Assembly (NCBI GenBank): GCA_021787845.1
Contig: JAJYLH010000013.1
Span: 32,595 to 96,594, forward strand
Origin: Myxococcales bacterium
GTDB taxonomy: Bacteria > Myxococcota > Myxococcia > Myxococcales > JAJYLH01
Reading direction: 5' to 3'
Length of the DNA: 64,000 bases
Shown: positions 49,711 to 61,343 of the stretch, one piece after another
Layout of the letters: each line of letters starts with the position of its first letter
Position numbering within the stretch: position 1 is the stretch's first letter
Program-made: the position numbers and the translations under genes
Notes under the pieces: generated by a model
The model's input: only the letters and a program-made list of their open reading frames with translations
What the model was told of the DNA's origin: nothing
The model's database searches: none

Positions 49711-51467
49711 CCCACCATCTGCTCTCCCTCATCGTCGGCGCACCGGCAGCGGCAGCGCTGGTGCTCTTCTCGGTGCCCGCGACCGAGAAGCTCTTCGTGC
49801 GCATCGTCGCCCTCACCGGCGCGCTCATCTCGCTCGCCGGCTCCATCGCGGTCCTCGCGACCTACAACCTCTCTGAGGGCGGGTTCCAACTGCGCGAGAC
49901 CTACCCGCTGGTGCCGCGGCTGAACATCTCCCTCTCGCTCGCGGCGGACGGGTGGAGCGTAGCGCTCCTGCTCCTCACCGGGCTGATCATCGTCGCCGGC
50001 GTGCTCGCGAGCTGGACCCTGGAGAATCGGCAGAAGGAGTTCTTCATCACCCTGCTCATCCTGGTGGCGGGCGTCTTCGGCGTCTTCGTCGCCCAGGACC
50101 TCTTCGTCTTCTTCTTGTTCTACGAAATCGCCGTGCTGCCGATGTACCTCCTGATCGGCATCTGGGGCTCTTCCCACGCCATCACCGAAGGCGGGCCGTT
50201 CAAGTACATCTGGAAGCTCTTCAACATCGGCGACAAGCAGTACGCGGCGATGAAGCTGACCCTGATGCTCCTCGTCGGGTCGGCGCTGATTCTGGTCGGC
50301 ATCCTCGCCATCTATTCGAACGGCGGGCACACCTTCGACCTCTTCGCCCTGGCCAAAGCGCACTACCCGCACCACATGCAGCTCTTCGCGTTCGTGCTCC
50401 TCTGGGTCGGCTTCGGGAGCCTCGCCGGCGTCTTCCCCTTCCACACCTGGTCTCCCGACGGCCACGCCTCCGCGCCCACCGCGGTCTCGATGCTCCACGC
50501 CGGCGTCCTGATGAAGCTCGGCGCCTTCGGGCTCATCCGGGTGGGGATGATTCTCCTGCCCGACGGCGCGCACTTCTGGGCGCCCTTCGTCGGCACCGTC
50601 GCGGTGATCAACATCGTCTACGGCGCCCTCGCCGCGATGCACCAGAAGGACTTCAAGTACGTCGTCGCCTACTCCTCGGTCAGCCACATGGGCGTCGTGA
50701 TGCTGGGCGCCGCGACCTTGAACGTCCTCGCCTGGAACGGCGCCGTCTTCCAGATGGTCGCGCACGGCGTGATGACCGGCCTCTTGTTCGCCCTGGTCGG
50801 CCACGTCTACGAACGCTCGCACACCCGCGACACCCAGCGGATGGGCGGCTTCGCCACCGTCATGCCGGGCGTCGCCACCTTCTTCACGATAGCGGTCCTG
50901 AGTAGCTTGGGGCTGCCGGGCACCGCCGGGTTCGTCGCCGAGTTCCTGGTCTTCCTCGGCGCCTGGCACAGCGCCTATTCCTGGTGGGCGGTCGCCGGCG
51001 TCGTCGGCGCCTTCGTCACCGCGGTGTACGTCCTGACCATCGCCCGGCGCGTCTTCTGGGGACCACCCGACCCGGTCAAGCAGTTCCACGAGCTAAGGGA
51101 CGTGCGCCGCACCGAGTGGGGCGCGCTCTGGATTCTCGGCGCCGCGATCGTGGTCCTCGGCTTCTGGCCCGGATTGATCTCGAGCCACATCGACAAGGCG
51201 ACGGTCGCCAACCTGCAGCAGGTGAACGGAGCGGCAGCGGTCACGCTGAACGACAGCGGCCACGCAACTCGATCGACCGTCGGGTGGGCCAAGCAGAGCG
51301 ATGCCCATCGAGTGCGGCCGTCGATGATGGGCTCCGCTCCGCTCCACCCATCCTACGCGTTGACCCGACCGATGCCGGCGGCTGATCGGTGTCGCTCGGC
51401 TCCACCCATCCAACGGGCCGGGTCGAGAGCGCCGGATGCCACGACCGCCACGGTGGTGATGCGATGA
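49707..51467 (+). CDS. nuoM: Complex I subunit M with a repeat-derived C-terminal extension
   Basis: PFHTW.PD.H..APT..SM, MKLG, AYSSVSHMG, GLPG.AGFVAEF. Confidence 0.94.
   Translation: MTHHLLSLIVGAPAAAALVLFSVPATEKLFVRIVALTGALISLAGSIAVLATYNLSEGGFQLRETYPLVPRLNISLSLAADGWSVALLLLTGLIIVAGVLASWTLENRQKEFFITLLILVAGVFGVFVAQDLFVFFLFYEIAVLPMYLLIGIWGSSHAITEGGPFKYIWKLFNIGDKQYAAMKLTLMLLVGSALILVGILAIYSNGGHTFDLFALAKAHYPHHMQLFAFVLLWVGFGSLAGVFPFHTWSPDGHASAPTAVSMLHAGVLMKLGAFGLIRVGMILLPDGAHFWAPFVGTVAVINIVYGALAAMHQKDFKYVVAYSSVSHMGVVMLGAATLNVLAWNGAVFQMVAHGVMTGLLFALVGHVYERSHTRDTQRMGGFATVMPGVATFFTIAVLSSLGLPGTAGFVAEFLVFLGAWHSAYSWWAVAGVVGAFVTAVYVLTIARRVFWGPPDPVKQFHELRDVRRTEWGALWILGAAIVVLGFWPGLISSHIDKATVANLQQVNGAAAVTLNDSGHATRSTVGWAKQSDAHRVRPSMMGSAPLHPSYALTRPMPAADRCRSAPPIQRAGSRAPDATTATVVMR
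51279..51414. repeat. GTAG-type REP-like cluster inside the 3' end of nuoM
   Basis: gtcgggtgggccaagcagagcgatgcccatc / gatgggctccgctccgctccacccatcctac plus a third partial unit. Confidence 0.8.
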
Positions 51468-53071
51468 ACCTCCACGACTTGCGGGTGCTGACGCTCGACA
51501 TCGGCGTCGCCCTGTCGGCGATTCTCGTTCTCCTCGTCGACCTGGTGCTCCCGGCCGCCCGGCGGAAGCTCACCGCCCCCCTCGCAGCGCTGCTGCTGAC
51601 CGCGGTGCTCGTCGCCTCCTTCTTCGTCGACACCACCGGCACCACCGCTTGGGGCGCCTACTCGGGCAGCGCCGGGACGCTCTTCTTCCAGCGCCTGTTC
51701 CTCGCGGCCGGCATCGTCGGCATCCTGGGCGGGATGGCGCACGTCGCGAAGCAGACGCGCTTTCGCCAGGGCGAGTACTACTTCCTCTTGTTGTGCAGCC
51801 TCGCCGGGATGACCCTGTTGCCCGGCGTGCGCGACCTGATCCTCCTGCTCATCTCCTTCGAGCTGATGGGGCTGCCGCTCTACGTCCTCGCGGCGTACGA
51901 GAAATCGGCGGGGGACCCGCAGGGTCGTGGCGCGCGCGCGTCCGAGGCAGGCATCAAGCTGTATCTGGTCGGCGCGGCGAGCACGGCGATCGCCCTCTTC
52001 GGCCTGAGCTATCTCGCGGGCGTCGCCGGCGGCACCTCCTTCCACGCGCTCCAGACGGCGCACCACACGCGGCTGTTCGCGCTGGGCGCGGTGCTCGTGC
52101 TCGCCGGCATCGGCTTCAAGCTGGGCGTCGCGCCGTTCCACATGTGGGTCCCCGACACCTACGAAGGCGCGCCAGGTCCGTTCGTCGCGTTCCTCTCGGC
52201 CGCTCCCAAGGCGGCGGCGATCGCGGCGCTCTGCGCGGTGTTCTTTACCGGTCTCGGCCAGCACCAGGCGGACTGGGCGCCGGCGATGGCGGGCCTCGCC
52301 TTCCTGACGATGTTCGTCGGAAGCATCCTCGCCATTCCGCAAAAGAACGTGCGGCGGCTCCTCGCGTACTCCGGCGTCGCCCACGTCGGCTACATGCTTC
52401 TCGCCTTCGCGACGGGCACCACCGACGGCCTCGCGATGGTGCTCTTCTACGCGGTCGCCTACGTCGCGACCAACGTCGGCGCGTTCCTCGTGGCGCATGC
52501 CGTGGCGGCCGACTCCGGCGACGACCTGGCGACGGGCCTGCGCGGTCTGCACAAGCGCTCCCCCTGGCTGGCAGTGGCGCTACTCGTCTTCCTGCTCTCG
52601 CTCGCGGGCATCCCGTTCGTCGCCGGGTTCTGGGCCAAGCTCTACGTCTTTGTCGCCGCGTGGAAGGTCGTCGGACCGATGCGCGGCTTCATGCACGTCC
52701 TGGTCGCCGTCGGCGCGGTGCTCTCGGTGGTGGCGCTGTTCTTCTACATGCAGCTCGCCCGCGCGGCGTACATGGAGGACCCGCCGGACGAAAAGCCGGT
52801 CCGCGTGGCGTTCGGGCTGAGGGTCGCCATCGTCGCCTGCCTCGTCGCGGTGGTCGGCATCGGCGCCTATCCAGGACCGCTCCTGGAGGCCTCGCACGCC
52901 GCGGCGGCCAAGTTCGAGGCGCCCAGCCCGAGACCCATCCCGCTCACCGCCCGCTGGCTGCGAATGAACGACCCCAGCCCGCCTCGGCTCGTCAGAGGCG
53001 GCTTCTTGATCAATGGGGAGCACGTTTCGGATGGCCCAGGCATGAACCACCACACCGTCCTGGGAGATTGA
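51464..53071 (+). CDS. nuoN: Complex I subunit N
   Basis: FKLG.APFHMWVPDTYEGAP, RRLLAYS..AH.GY, LSLAGIP..AGF..K. Confidence 0.95.
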   Translation: MNLHDLRVLTLDIGVALSAILVLLVDLVLPAARRKLTAPLAALLLTAVLVASFFVDTTGTTAWGAYSGSAGTLFFQRLFLAAGIVGILGGMAHVAKQTRFRQGEYYFLLLCSLAGMTLLPGVRDLILLLISFELMGLPLYVLAAYEKSAGDPQGRGARASEAGIKLYLVGAASTAIALFGLSYLAGVAGGTSFHALQTAHHTRLFALGAVLVLAGIGFKLGVAPFHMWVPDTYEGAPGPFVAFLSAAPKAAAIAALCAVFFTGLGQHQADWAPAMAGLAFLTMFVGSILAIPQKNVRRLLAYSGVAHVGYMLLAFATGTTDGLAMVLFYAVAYVATNVGAFLVAHAVAADSGDDLATGLRGLHKRSPWLAVALLVFLLSLAGIPFVAGFWAKLYVFVAAWKVVGPMRGFMHVLVAVGAVLSVVALFFYMQLARAAYMEDPPDEKPVRVAFGLRVAIVACLVAVVGIGAYPGPLLEASHAAAAKFEAPSPRPIPLTARWLRMNDPSPPRLVRGGFLINGEHVSDGPGMNHHTVLGD

Positions 53072-53165
53072 CGCTTTCGGTCTTCCCGATTCGCTCGGAA
53101 TCGGGAAGCTGGGAGGGGAACCGCCGACTCAGCCTGAAACGCGCCGCGCTGTTACGCTCCCGCTC

Positions 53166-54149
53166 GTGACCGATCCGTTCGTCGCCGCGCTCGCCCGTGC
53201 CCTGACCGCGCTCGCTCCGCCCGAACGCCTCCTCGTCGCGGTCAGCGGCGGCGCGGACTCGGTGGCGCTCCTCTACGCGCTCGCTCGCTCGCGAAGGCGT
53301 CACGCGCTCTGGCGCCTGGGGCTCGTCGTCGGGCATGTCGATCACCGCTGGCGTGCGGATTCCGGGCTCGACGCGAAGCTCGTCGAAGCGCACTCGGCGG
53401 CGCTCGGTCTCGATTTCGCGCTCGCGACGCTGCCGCGGCCAACCGGGCACAACCTCGAGGAGCGAGCGCGCGAAGCGCGGTACGAGGCGCTCGGCCGGAT
53501 GGCCAGCGCGCACGGCTGCGACGCCATCGCGACCGGGCACACCGCGACCGACCAGGCGGAGACCCTGCTCTTTCGCCTCGCCCGGGGAACCGGCGCCCGC
53601 GGGCTGGCCGCGATGGCGCCGGAGCGGGCCCTCGGCGATGCTCGGTTGCTCCGGCCGTTGCTCCACGCGCTGCGCGAGGAGACGCGCGCCTTCTGCGAGC
53701 GGGAAGGACTCCTGTTCCGGGACGACCCGACCAACGCCGGCGATCGCGTGCGGGCGCGGCTGCGCCGGGAGGTGTTGCCCGCGCTCGAGCGCATCGTCCC
53801 CGGCGCTACCCGGCACCTCTCCCAGGCGGCGGCACGGCTCAAGGAGGACGACACCGCCCTCGAGAAGCTTCTGGCCGCTCGCTCCCTCCAGGACGAGCGG
53901 CGGTCGCTCGCGGACCTTCCGCCGGCCTTGCGGCGACGGGCACTCGCCGCCTGGGTCGAACGCGCGACCGGGAGCCGGCGCCGGCTGGCCGCGACGCACC
54001 TTGCCGCGCTGGAGAAGCTGGTCGTCGACGGGCGGGGAGAGGTCGAGCTGCCGAGCGACTCGCGCCGGCGGCGGGTGGCGACGTTGCGCGGTGGCCGCCT
54101 GATGCTCGAAGAGCGCCCGCACGAGCGAGCGGTTACAGCACCTCGCTAG
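53166..54149 (+). CDS. tilS: tRNA(Ile)-lysidine synthetase
   Basis: VAVSGGADS, HVDH, AREARY, TGH...DQAET.L.RL.RG, RPLL, DPTN. Confidence 0.95.
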   Translation: MTDPFVAALARALTALAPPERLLVAVSGGADSVALLYALARSRRRHALWRLGLVVGHVDHRWRADSGLDAKLVEAHSAALGLDFALATLPRPTGHNLEERAREARYEALGRMASAHGCDAIATGHTATDQAETLLFRLARGTGARGLAAMAPERALGDARLLRPLLHALREETRAFCEREGLLFRDDPTNAGDRVRARLRREVLPALERIVPGATRHLSQAAARLKEDDTALEKLLAARSLQDERRSLADLPPALRRRALAAWVERATGSRRRLAATHLAALEKLVVDGRGEVELPSDSRRRRVATLRGGRLMLEERPHERAVTAPR

Positions 54150-54419
54150 GCCGTCGCCGCGCGGCCGCCAGGGCCCGACCTCGAGGTGGGCAAAAGGCGC
54201 GCGACCTCCCACCGCGTTCCGGACCGGCGCCGAAGGTGCGGCGCGAATAAGCTGGCCCGGCGGGCGGTTCGATGGTACTGAAATAGTCGCCAGAGGTGGG
54301 GCCGGCGTGAACGACTTGGACGCGGCCCTCAAGGCCAGCGAGAGCCGTAGGGGCGGAGGGCCCTGGAGGCTAGCGGACGACGACCTCGCGGGGGCGGGTG
54401 CCGCGAACGAGGTTTCGAG

Positions 54420-56351
<1,932 letters not shown>

Positions 56352-56377
56352 CCAGTCTCGAAGGCGAGAAAGTCAGC

Positions 56378-56407
56378 GGGCCCGATCCTCGAAAGAGGGT
56401 TGGGCCC
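56378..56407 (+). terminator. Hairpin downstream of ftsH
   Basis: gggcccgatcctc-GAAA-gagggttgggccc stem (with G-U pairs); weak U tract. Confidence 0.55.
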
Positions 56408-56491
56408 ATTCTCATCAGCGAGCACCTCGACTACAACGAAGAGAGCTTCTCGAGGGCGTCGACGCGCTTCTCGATTGCCCGGAACCGGGCG

Positions 56492-56734
56492 TCATGCCTC
56501 GTTCTTGTCCAAGGCAGCGCGGATGGCGTGCGATTGCATCACAAGCTGCTGGGCCATGTCGCGAAGGGCGGTCTCGACGACCTCGAAGCGGGCGTTCATC
56601 CCCTCGAAGCGGGCGTTGACCTCCTCGAAGCGGGCGTTCACCTCGCGCCGGAACTCCGCGTGGTCCGCGCGCATCCCGCGCATCTCGTCCCGCATTTCCT
56701 GGAGAATTCGGATGGTGAGGTCGGTCGGCTCCAT
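56492..56734 (-). CDS. Small coiled-coil protein, possibly frameshifted near the C-terminus
   Basis: Heptad EVNARFE repeats (21-bp tandem); a shifted frame continues HDARFRAIEKRVDALEK to a stop at 56431. Confidence 0.6.
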   Translation of the reverse strand: MEPTDLTIRILQEMRDEMRGMRADHAEFRREVNARFEEVNARFEGMNARFEVVETALRDMAQQLVMQSHAIRAALDKNEA

Positions 56735-56786
56735 GGCTCTGCTAGTGTAGCTCGACTCGGCGAGCGGATGCAAGTCGCGGACCAAT

Positions 56787-57680
56787 CTAGTCGGGACCCA
56801 GCCAGGCGTCGAAGCAGAAGTGGCGGACGGCGTTGTTCGGCGTCGAGACCGAGAACGTGACCGGCCCGGTCGGGGGGAGCCCAGAGGGGAGCGGCGACTC
56901 GAAGTCTTGAAGCCCGACGCGGTTGTCGAACCGGAAGTTCGCAATCGATCGGCCGCCGGCTTCGACACCGACCAACACGGGTGCGCCTTGTTTGAAGCTC
57001 GGCGCGTCGTCGACGAACGCGGCGCGACCTCGGAGCGTGCCGGCGATGGGCACGTTCGGAAAAGTGATCTCAAGCGTCCCGTCGTTGACCGGATGCGCCC
57101 AGATGCAGTGGAACGGCTCGTAGTGGACTTCGTGCCAGCCGGCACGCACGTAGTTCCACGCTCCTTCTGGGCATTGATGCTTGCCGTTGCCGAGGTTTCG
57201 GCAGACGACCGATCGCCGGCCGACGATGCGCACCGTCGCGCCGGGCACGGCGTCGTCGAACGAGTAGTCCACCGGCGGGCCGGCGATGTCGAACGCTTCC
57301 ACCCAGAGATGTCCGATGCGCCGGCCGCCTTCGGATTTTCCGCGAGCGGCGAGCGCTCGACGGGATGTTTCTAGTGAAAACCGGGGGAGGTCCGGTAGGG
57401 CGACGAGCCATTGTCGCTTGGTGCCGGGATAGACATCGGTCGAAAGATGGTAGCCGGCCATCACCGGCACCGCCGTCAGGAACTGCCGTCCATCCTGCGC
57501 CCAGTGCGGCGACACCACAATGATGTCGCCCGGCCGCTCATGGCTCTCGATGAAGGCATTGACCCGCCGGTAGTCGCTGTCGGTCGGCATGCGGGCAGGC
57601 AACCGCAGCCAGAAGAGTGTCGCCCACACACCCGCGAGCGCAGTGACGATCGCTATGCCCGCGAGCGACGCGCGCTTCAC
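56787..57680 (-). CDS. Hypothetical membrane-anchored protein
   Basis: GTGA overlap with the upstream stop; N-terminal TM helix; CIWAHP motif. Confidence 0.7.
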   Translation of the reverse strand: MKRASLAGIAIVTALAGVWATLFWLRLPARMPTDSDYRRVNAFIESHERPGDIIVVSPHWAQDGRQFLTAVPVMAGYHLSTDVYPGTKRQWLVALPDLPRFSLETSRRALAARGKSEGGRRIGHLWVEAFDIAGPPVDYSFDDAVPGATVRIVGRRSVVCRNLGNGKHQCPEGAWNYVRAGWHEVHYEPFHCIWAHPVNDGTLEITFPNVPIAGTLRGRAAFVDDAPSFKQGAPVLVGVEAGGRSIANFRFDNRVGLQDFESPLPSGLPPTGPVTFSVSTPNNAVRHFCFDAWLGPD

Positions 57681-58849
57681 GGAACCAGCGCCTTCGCCCG
57701 ATCGAACGCCTGGGTCAAGTCGTCGATCAGATCCTGCACGTTCTCGATGCCGACGGAAAGCCGGATGAACCCGTCGTCGATGCCGAGCGCGCGCCGGGTC
57801 TCCGGTGGCACCGACGCGTGCGTCATGATCGCCGGATGCTCGATGAGGCTCTCGACCCCGCCCAGGCTCTCCGCGCAAGCGAAGACGCGCACCGATCGCA
57901 AGAAGGCTCGTGCTCGCTCGAGGCCGCCCTGGATGACGAACGTGAGCATGCCCCCAAAGCCGGTCATCTGCCGCTTCGCGAGGGCGTGGTGCGGATGCTC
58001 GGGCATTCCCGGCCAGGTGACGCGTTCGACCATCGGATGCTGCTGCAGAAATTCGACGATACGCGCGGCGTTCGACTGATGCCGCTCCATCCGCACCGGC
58101 AGCGTCTTGACCCCGCGCATGACCAGGAACGAATCCATCGGCCCCAGCACGCCGCCGACCGCGTTTTGCAAGAAGCGCAGCTTCTCGTGGACCTCGTCGT
58201 GCGAGGTGACCGTGATGCCGCCGACGACGTCGGAGTGGCCGTTTAGAAACTTGGTCATCGAGTGCGTGACGACGTCGGCGCCGAGCTGCAGCGGCTTCTG
58301 GAAGTACGGGCTCATGAAGGTGTTGTCGACGACGGTGAGGATGCCGCGCGCCCGGGCGATGTCGGCAAGCCGCGCGATGTCGAAGAGCTTGAGCATCGGG
58401 TTGGTCGGCGTCTCGAGCCAGAGGAGCTTGGTGTTCGGTCGGAGCGCCGCTTCGAGCGCGCGCGCATCGGTGAGGTCGACGAACGAATAGCTCAGCCCCG
58501 ACCGCTTCCAGACTTTGTCGAAGATGCGGAAGGTGCCGCCGTACATGTCGTCGCCGGCGATGACGTGATCGCCCGCGTCGAGCAGGTGCATCAGGTTGTC
58601 GGTCGCGGCGAGCCCCGACGCGTAGGCGAGGCCGTGCTTGGCACCTTCCAGCGCGGCGATGCAGTCCTCGAGCGCGTTGCGGGTGGGGTTGCTGGTGCGG
58701 GTGTACTCGAACCCCTTGTGCTCGCCGGGACCGCTCTGGGCGTAGGTCGACGTGAAGAAGACGGGGGTCATCACCGCGCCGGTGGTCGGCTCGGGCGGCT
58801 GTCCGGCGTGAATCGCGAGCGTCTCGAACCGCAGCTTGCCAGGGGCCAT
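57677..58849 (-). CDS. metB: Cystathionine gamma-synthase/gamma-lyase (PLP)
   Basis: YTRTSNPTR, ETPTNP, VDNTF, HSMTKFLNGHSD, AESLGGVESL; GGAGGA RBS. Synthase versus lyase cannot be resolved from motifs. Confidence 0.88.
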   Translation of the reverse strand: MAPGKLRFETLAIHAGQPPEPTTGAVMTPVFFTSTYAQSGPGEHKGFEYTRTSNPTRNALEDCIAALEGAKHGLAYASGLAATDNLMHLLDAGDHVIAGDDMYGGTFRIFDKVWKRSGLSYSFVDLTDARALEAALRPNTKLLWLETPTNPMLKLFDIARLADIARARGILTVVDNTFMSPYFQKPLQLGADVVTHSMTKFLNGHSDVVGGITVTSHDEVHEKLRFLQNAVGGVLGPMDSFLVMRGVKTLPVRMERHQSNAARIVEFLQQHPMVERVTWPGMPEHPHHALAKRQMTGFGGMLTFVIQGGLERARAFLRSVRVFACAESLGGVESLIEHPAIMTHASVPPETRRALGIDDGFIRLSVGIENVQDLIDDLTQAFDRAKALVP

Positions 58850-59058
58850 GGGTCCTCCAACACCGGAGGCGCACTCTAGCAGATGTCGCGGATGGCTGCG
58901 CGAATCCGCGGTTGACCTCGGTGGAGACCGCGAAATCGGGAAGGTGGGCACGGAGCGCTCGACCTACGGCACCTGGTTGCCTGGCGATCGCCCCGGATGG
59001 ATCGACGGCGAGCGCCACGCTCGGCGGGAGCCGAGCCACGACCTCGAGCATTCGCCCA

Positions 59059-60198
59059 TCACGCTGGCGTTTTCAGGATGCCGTTGCGACCGGTGGGGAC
59101 GAGGCGATCGAGGATGGTCGCGGGTTCGGTCGGCACCGTGAGCGCGCCGTAGGTCATCCCACGGTTGGTCTCGTAGCCCTTGCGCAGCCCGGAATCGACG
59201 CTGGTGACCGCCGCGTCCTCCAACAGCCCCGCGGCTCGGCGCAGATCCTCCCGGCGCCGCATCTCGTCCCTCTTCTGCGTCAGCGCCACCTCGATCTCGT
59301 CGATTTCCGTCTTGGTCCCCGCAAGTTGCTTCTCCATCGAGGTGACGAGCCCCGCCGCCCGCTGCTGCCCGAGCGCTTCCTTCCGGTGGCGCTCGATGGC
59401 GACGCTCATGTGATGGCAGTAGGCTTCGACGCCGACCATCACCGCGAGCTCGAGGCACATCAGGCCATAGGACACCGCGGCCTCCGCGGGCGTCGTCACG
59501 AACTGCTCCCGGACGAGCACGAACCCGGCTCCGATGACGAGAGTGATGAGAGCCTTGATGATGAGGCGCGGCCATCGGCGCTGGCCGATGACCGGGTCCT
59601 TCGCGACCATCACCGGCTCCACCACGAATCCCAGCGTGATCAGAAGAGCGGCGACGAGGGCAATCGACAGCGACAACAGCAGCTTGCCTGGAAAGAGAGG
59701 CGCGAAGAAGGCGTCGTGCAGGGAAAGCGTGCTGATGACCGCCAAGGCGGTGGCGAGAACCGCGACGACCCATCCCTCGATCTTCGGTTGCGGATGGCCC
59801 CGGAGCTGGGCCTCCTGGTCCATTCGATCGCCGAGCGTCACTTTCTGCTGGTCCCTGAGCTGGGTCTTCGCTTCCAACTTCTTCTCGAGCTTCGCGATCT
59901 CCGCGAGCTGCCTCTGGTCCGCGTGGTTCGCCTCGTCGATGGCCGCCGCGGAAACGAGCCTCGCTTCCCGGCTGGCGCTCTGCTTCTGCGTGGCGTCGAA
60001 GTCCGGGTCCGGCTCGACCCGATGAGACCTCCTCACCGCTTCGTAGGCCTCGTCGTGCTTGCGCTGGAGGAACGGCCGGAACCGGTCGACCTGCTCGACG
60101 GCCCGCAACGCGTCGGGATGCCCGTCGATGACGGTGCCCGGGAGCGATTGGAGGGTGTTGGTGGCGGCGGGCGTGGCGGACTTCGAATCGGTGGTCAC
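59059..60198 (-). CDS. Hypothetical 4-TM protein flanked by coiled coils
   Basis: GGGAGA RBS before GTG; helical N- and C-terminal regions around four hydrophobic segments. Confidence 0.65.
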   Translation of the reverse strand: MTTDSKSATPAATNTLQSLPGTVIDGHPDALRAVEQVDRFRPFLQRKHDEAYEAVRRSHRVEPDPDFDATQKQSASREARLVSAAAIDEANHADQRQLAEIAKLEKKLEAKTQLRDQQKVTLGDRMDQEAQLRGHPQPKIEGWVVAVLATALAVISTLSLHDAFFAPLFPGKLLLSLSIALVAALLITLGFVVEPVMVAKDPVIGQRRWPRLIIKALITLVIGAGFVLVREQFVTTPAEAAVSYGLMCLELAVMVGVEAYCHHMSVAIERHRKEALGQQRAAGLVTSMEKQLAGTKTEIDEIEVALTQKRDEMRRREDLRRAAGLLEDAAVTSVDSGLRKGYETNRGMTYGALTVPTEPATILDRLVPTGRNGILKTPA

Positions 60199-60277
60199 GG
60201 TAGTCTCCCGGGGGTTCGAGTTTGACGTTCGAAGACGAGACGCGCGAAGGGCAGCGACGCTGACATCACCTCGTGCC

Positions 60278-61066
60278 TCACCGCGGGCAGTTCGCGAGGA
60301 AGGTGACCTTCCTCGGATCCGTGAACGCCTCGCGCCAGACCTTCTCCACCTGGTCGAGGGACAGGGCATGTCCATGACGGCGTTGTGCGACGACGCGAGC
60401 GTGCAGCCCGCAGAAGAGAACCCGCTGGATGTGGCTCAGGTCGATCGGATCCTTGACGGGACCTTTGGCCGTTCCCGCGAGCCTCGCCATCAGAGCTTGG
60501 TCCCCGTTCTCTTCGCCGTCGGACCGAACCGCGACTTCGCAGTCCACGCCGGGCGCGCCGCAGGGATACTGGCCAAGGTCGCTCACCGCCGCGCGGATCG
60601 CCTCGAGGATGGGGCTCGTTCGGGTGTCTTGGATGGACGCGCAGAACCCGGCCACCTTGGCGGCGAAGGCCTTTCGCGCCCGCGCCGCCTGGTCCCGTCC
60701 ATGGAGAAGCCCGCCCTGCGGCGTGTAGCTCGCCTCGCCGAGCTCGCGGCTCGCGCCGCCGTCCTGGTTCTCGCCAGTTGCCAGCAGCTCCACCGTGTAC
60801 GGCAAGGCACCGCTGCCGAGACCGCCGACCCCGAGAGCCGTGACCTCTTCACAGCGGTGGACATCGACGCACGACCTCTGGCCAGCACCAGCTCGACCTC
60901 GTCCGTGATGCCCTGACCGCGCCGACCGGCACCAGACCGAGTCGGAAGCATCGACGACCACCGACCGATGCACCGCCGGCACGGGTCCGCTCTCGCCGAC
61001 GGCGGCCAAGGCGACCAGGCCGGCCAGCACGGCGACGATGGCAAGGACGATGAGTGTGGTCTTCAT
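60278..61066 (-). CDS. Exported vWA-like protein
   Basis: Signal/TM N-terminus; VVVDASDS (DxSxS), TSPILEAI, VRSDGEEN resemble MIDAS elements; GGGAG RBS. Confidence 0.6.
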   Translation of the reverse strand: MKTTLIVLAIVAVLAGLVALAAVGESGPVPAVHRSVVVDASDSVWCRSARSGHHGRGRAGAGQRSCVDVHRCEEVTALGVGGLGSGALPYTVELLATGENQDGGASRELGEASYTPQGGLLHGRDQAARARKAFAAKVAGFCASIQDTRTSPILEAIRAAVSDLGQYPCGAPGVDCEVAVRSDGEENGDQALMARLAGTAKGPVKDPIDLSHIQRVLFCGLHARVVAQRRHGHALSLDQVEKVWREAFTDPRKVTFLANCPR

Positions 61067-61290
61067 GGTCGCTCCCGCGTTGGGCTCACATGGAAGCGAC
61101 GCGCGAGGCCGACCAAGCCTGACACCGCCTCGCAAGCGCCCGCCGCGGAGTGGCATCGACGCGCACCTCGCGGCCTCCCGACAAGCGAGTGCGAGAGCGG
61201 GCTCGACACCGCACGAGGTGCCGCACGGCTCGCTCCGGGCGTCAGTTCGCCACCGCGCGCCACTCCGGCGACAATCAGCGCGACTTCCGC

Positions 61291-61320
61291 TTGACATTGC
61301 CTGGCGGCTCGGGCTAGAAC
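61291..61320 (+). promoter_or_regulatory. Possible sigma70 promoter
   Basis: Perfect TTGACA, 18 bp, TAGAAC, then GAGGAGGA RBS. Confidence 0.35.
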
Positions 61321-61343
61321 GCGCCGTCGTTGAGGAGGACCGC

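Noticed and set aside
46986-51467. 1493-aa ORF as a giant NuoM fusion
   Set aside because: The first 900 aa are an Arg-rich shadow frame over nuoJKL; NuoM begins at 49707.
42832-53071. Group 4 NiFe hydrogenase or 2M-type complex I
   Set aside because: NuoD lacks NiFe Cys motifs and keeps the quinone-site motifs; only one nuoM is present.
56787-59051. 754-aa ORF
   Set aside because: Its N-terminal part overlaps metB out of frame; only 56787-57680 looks coding.
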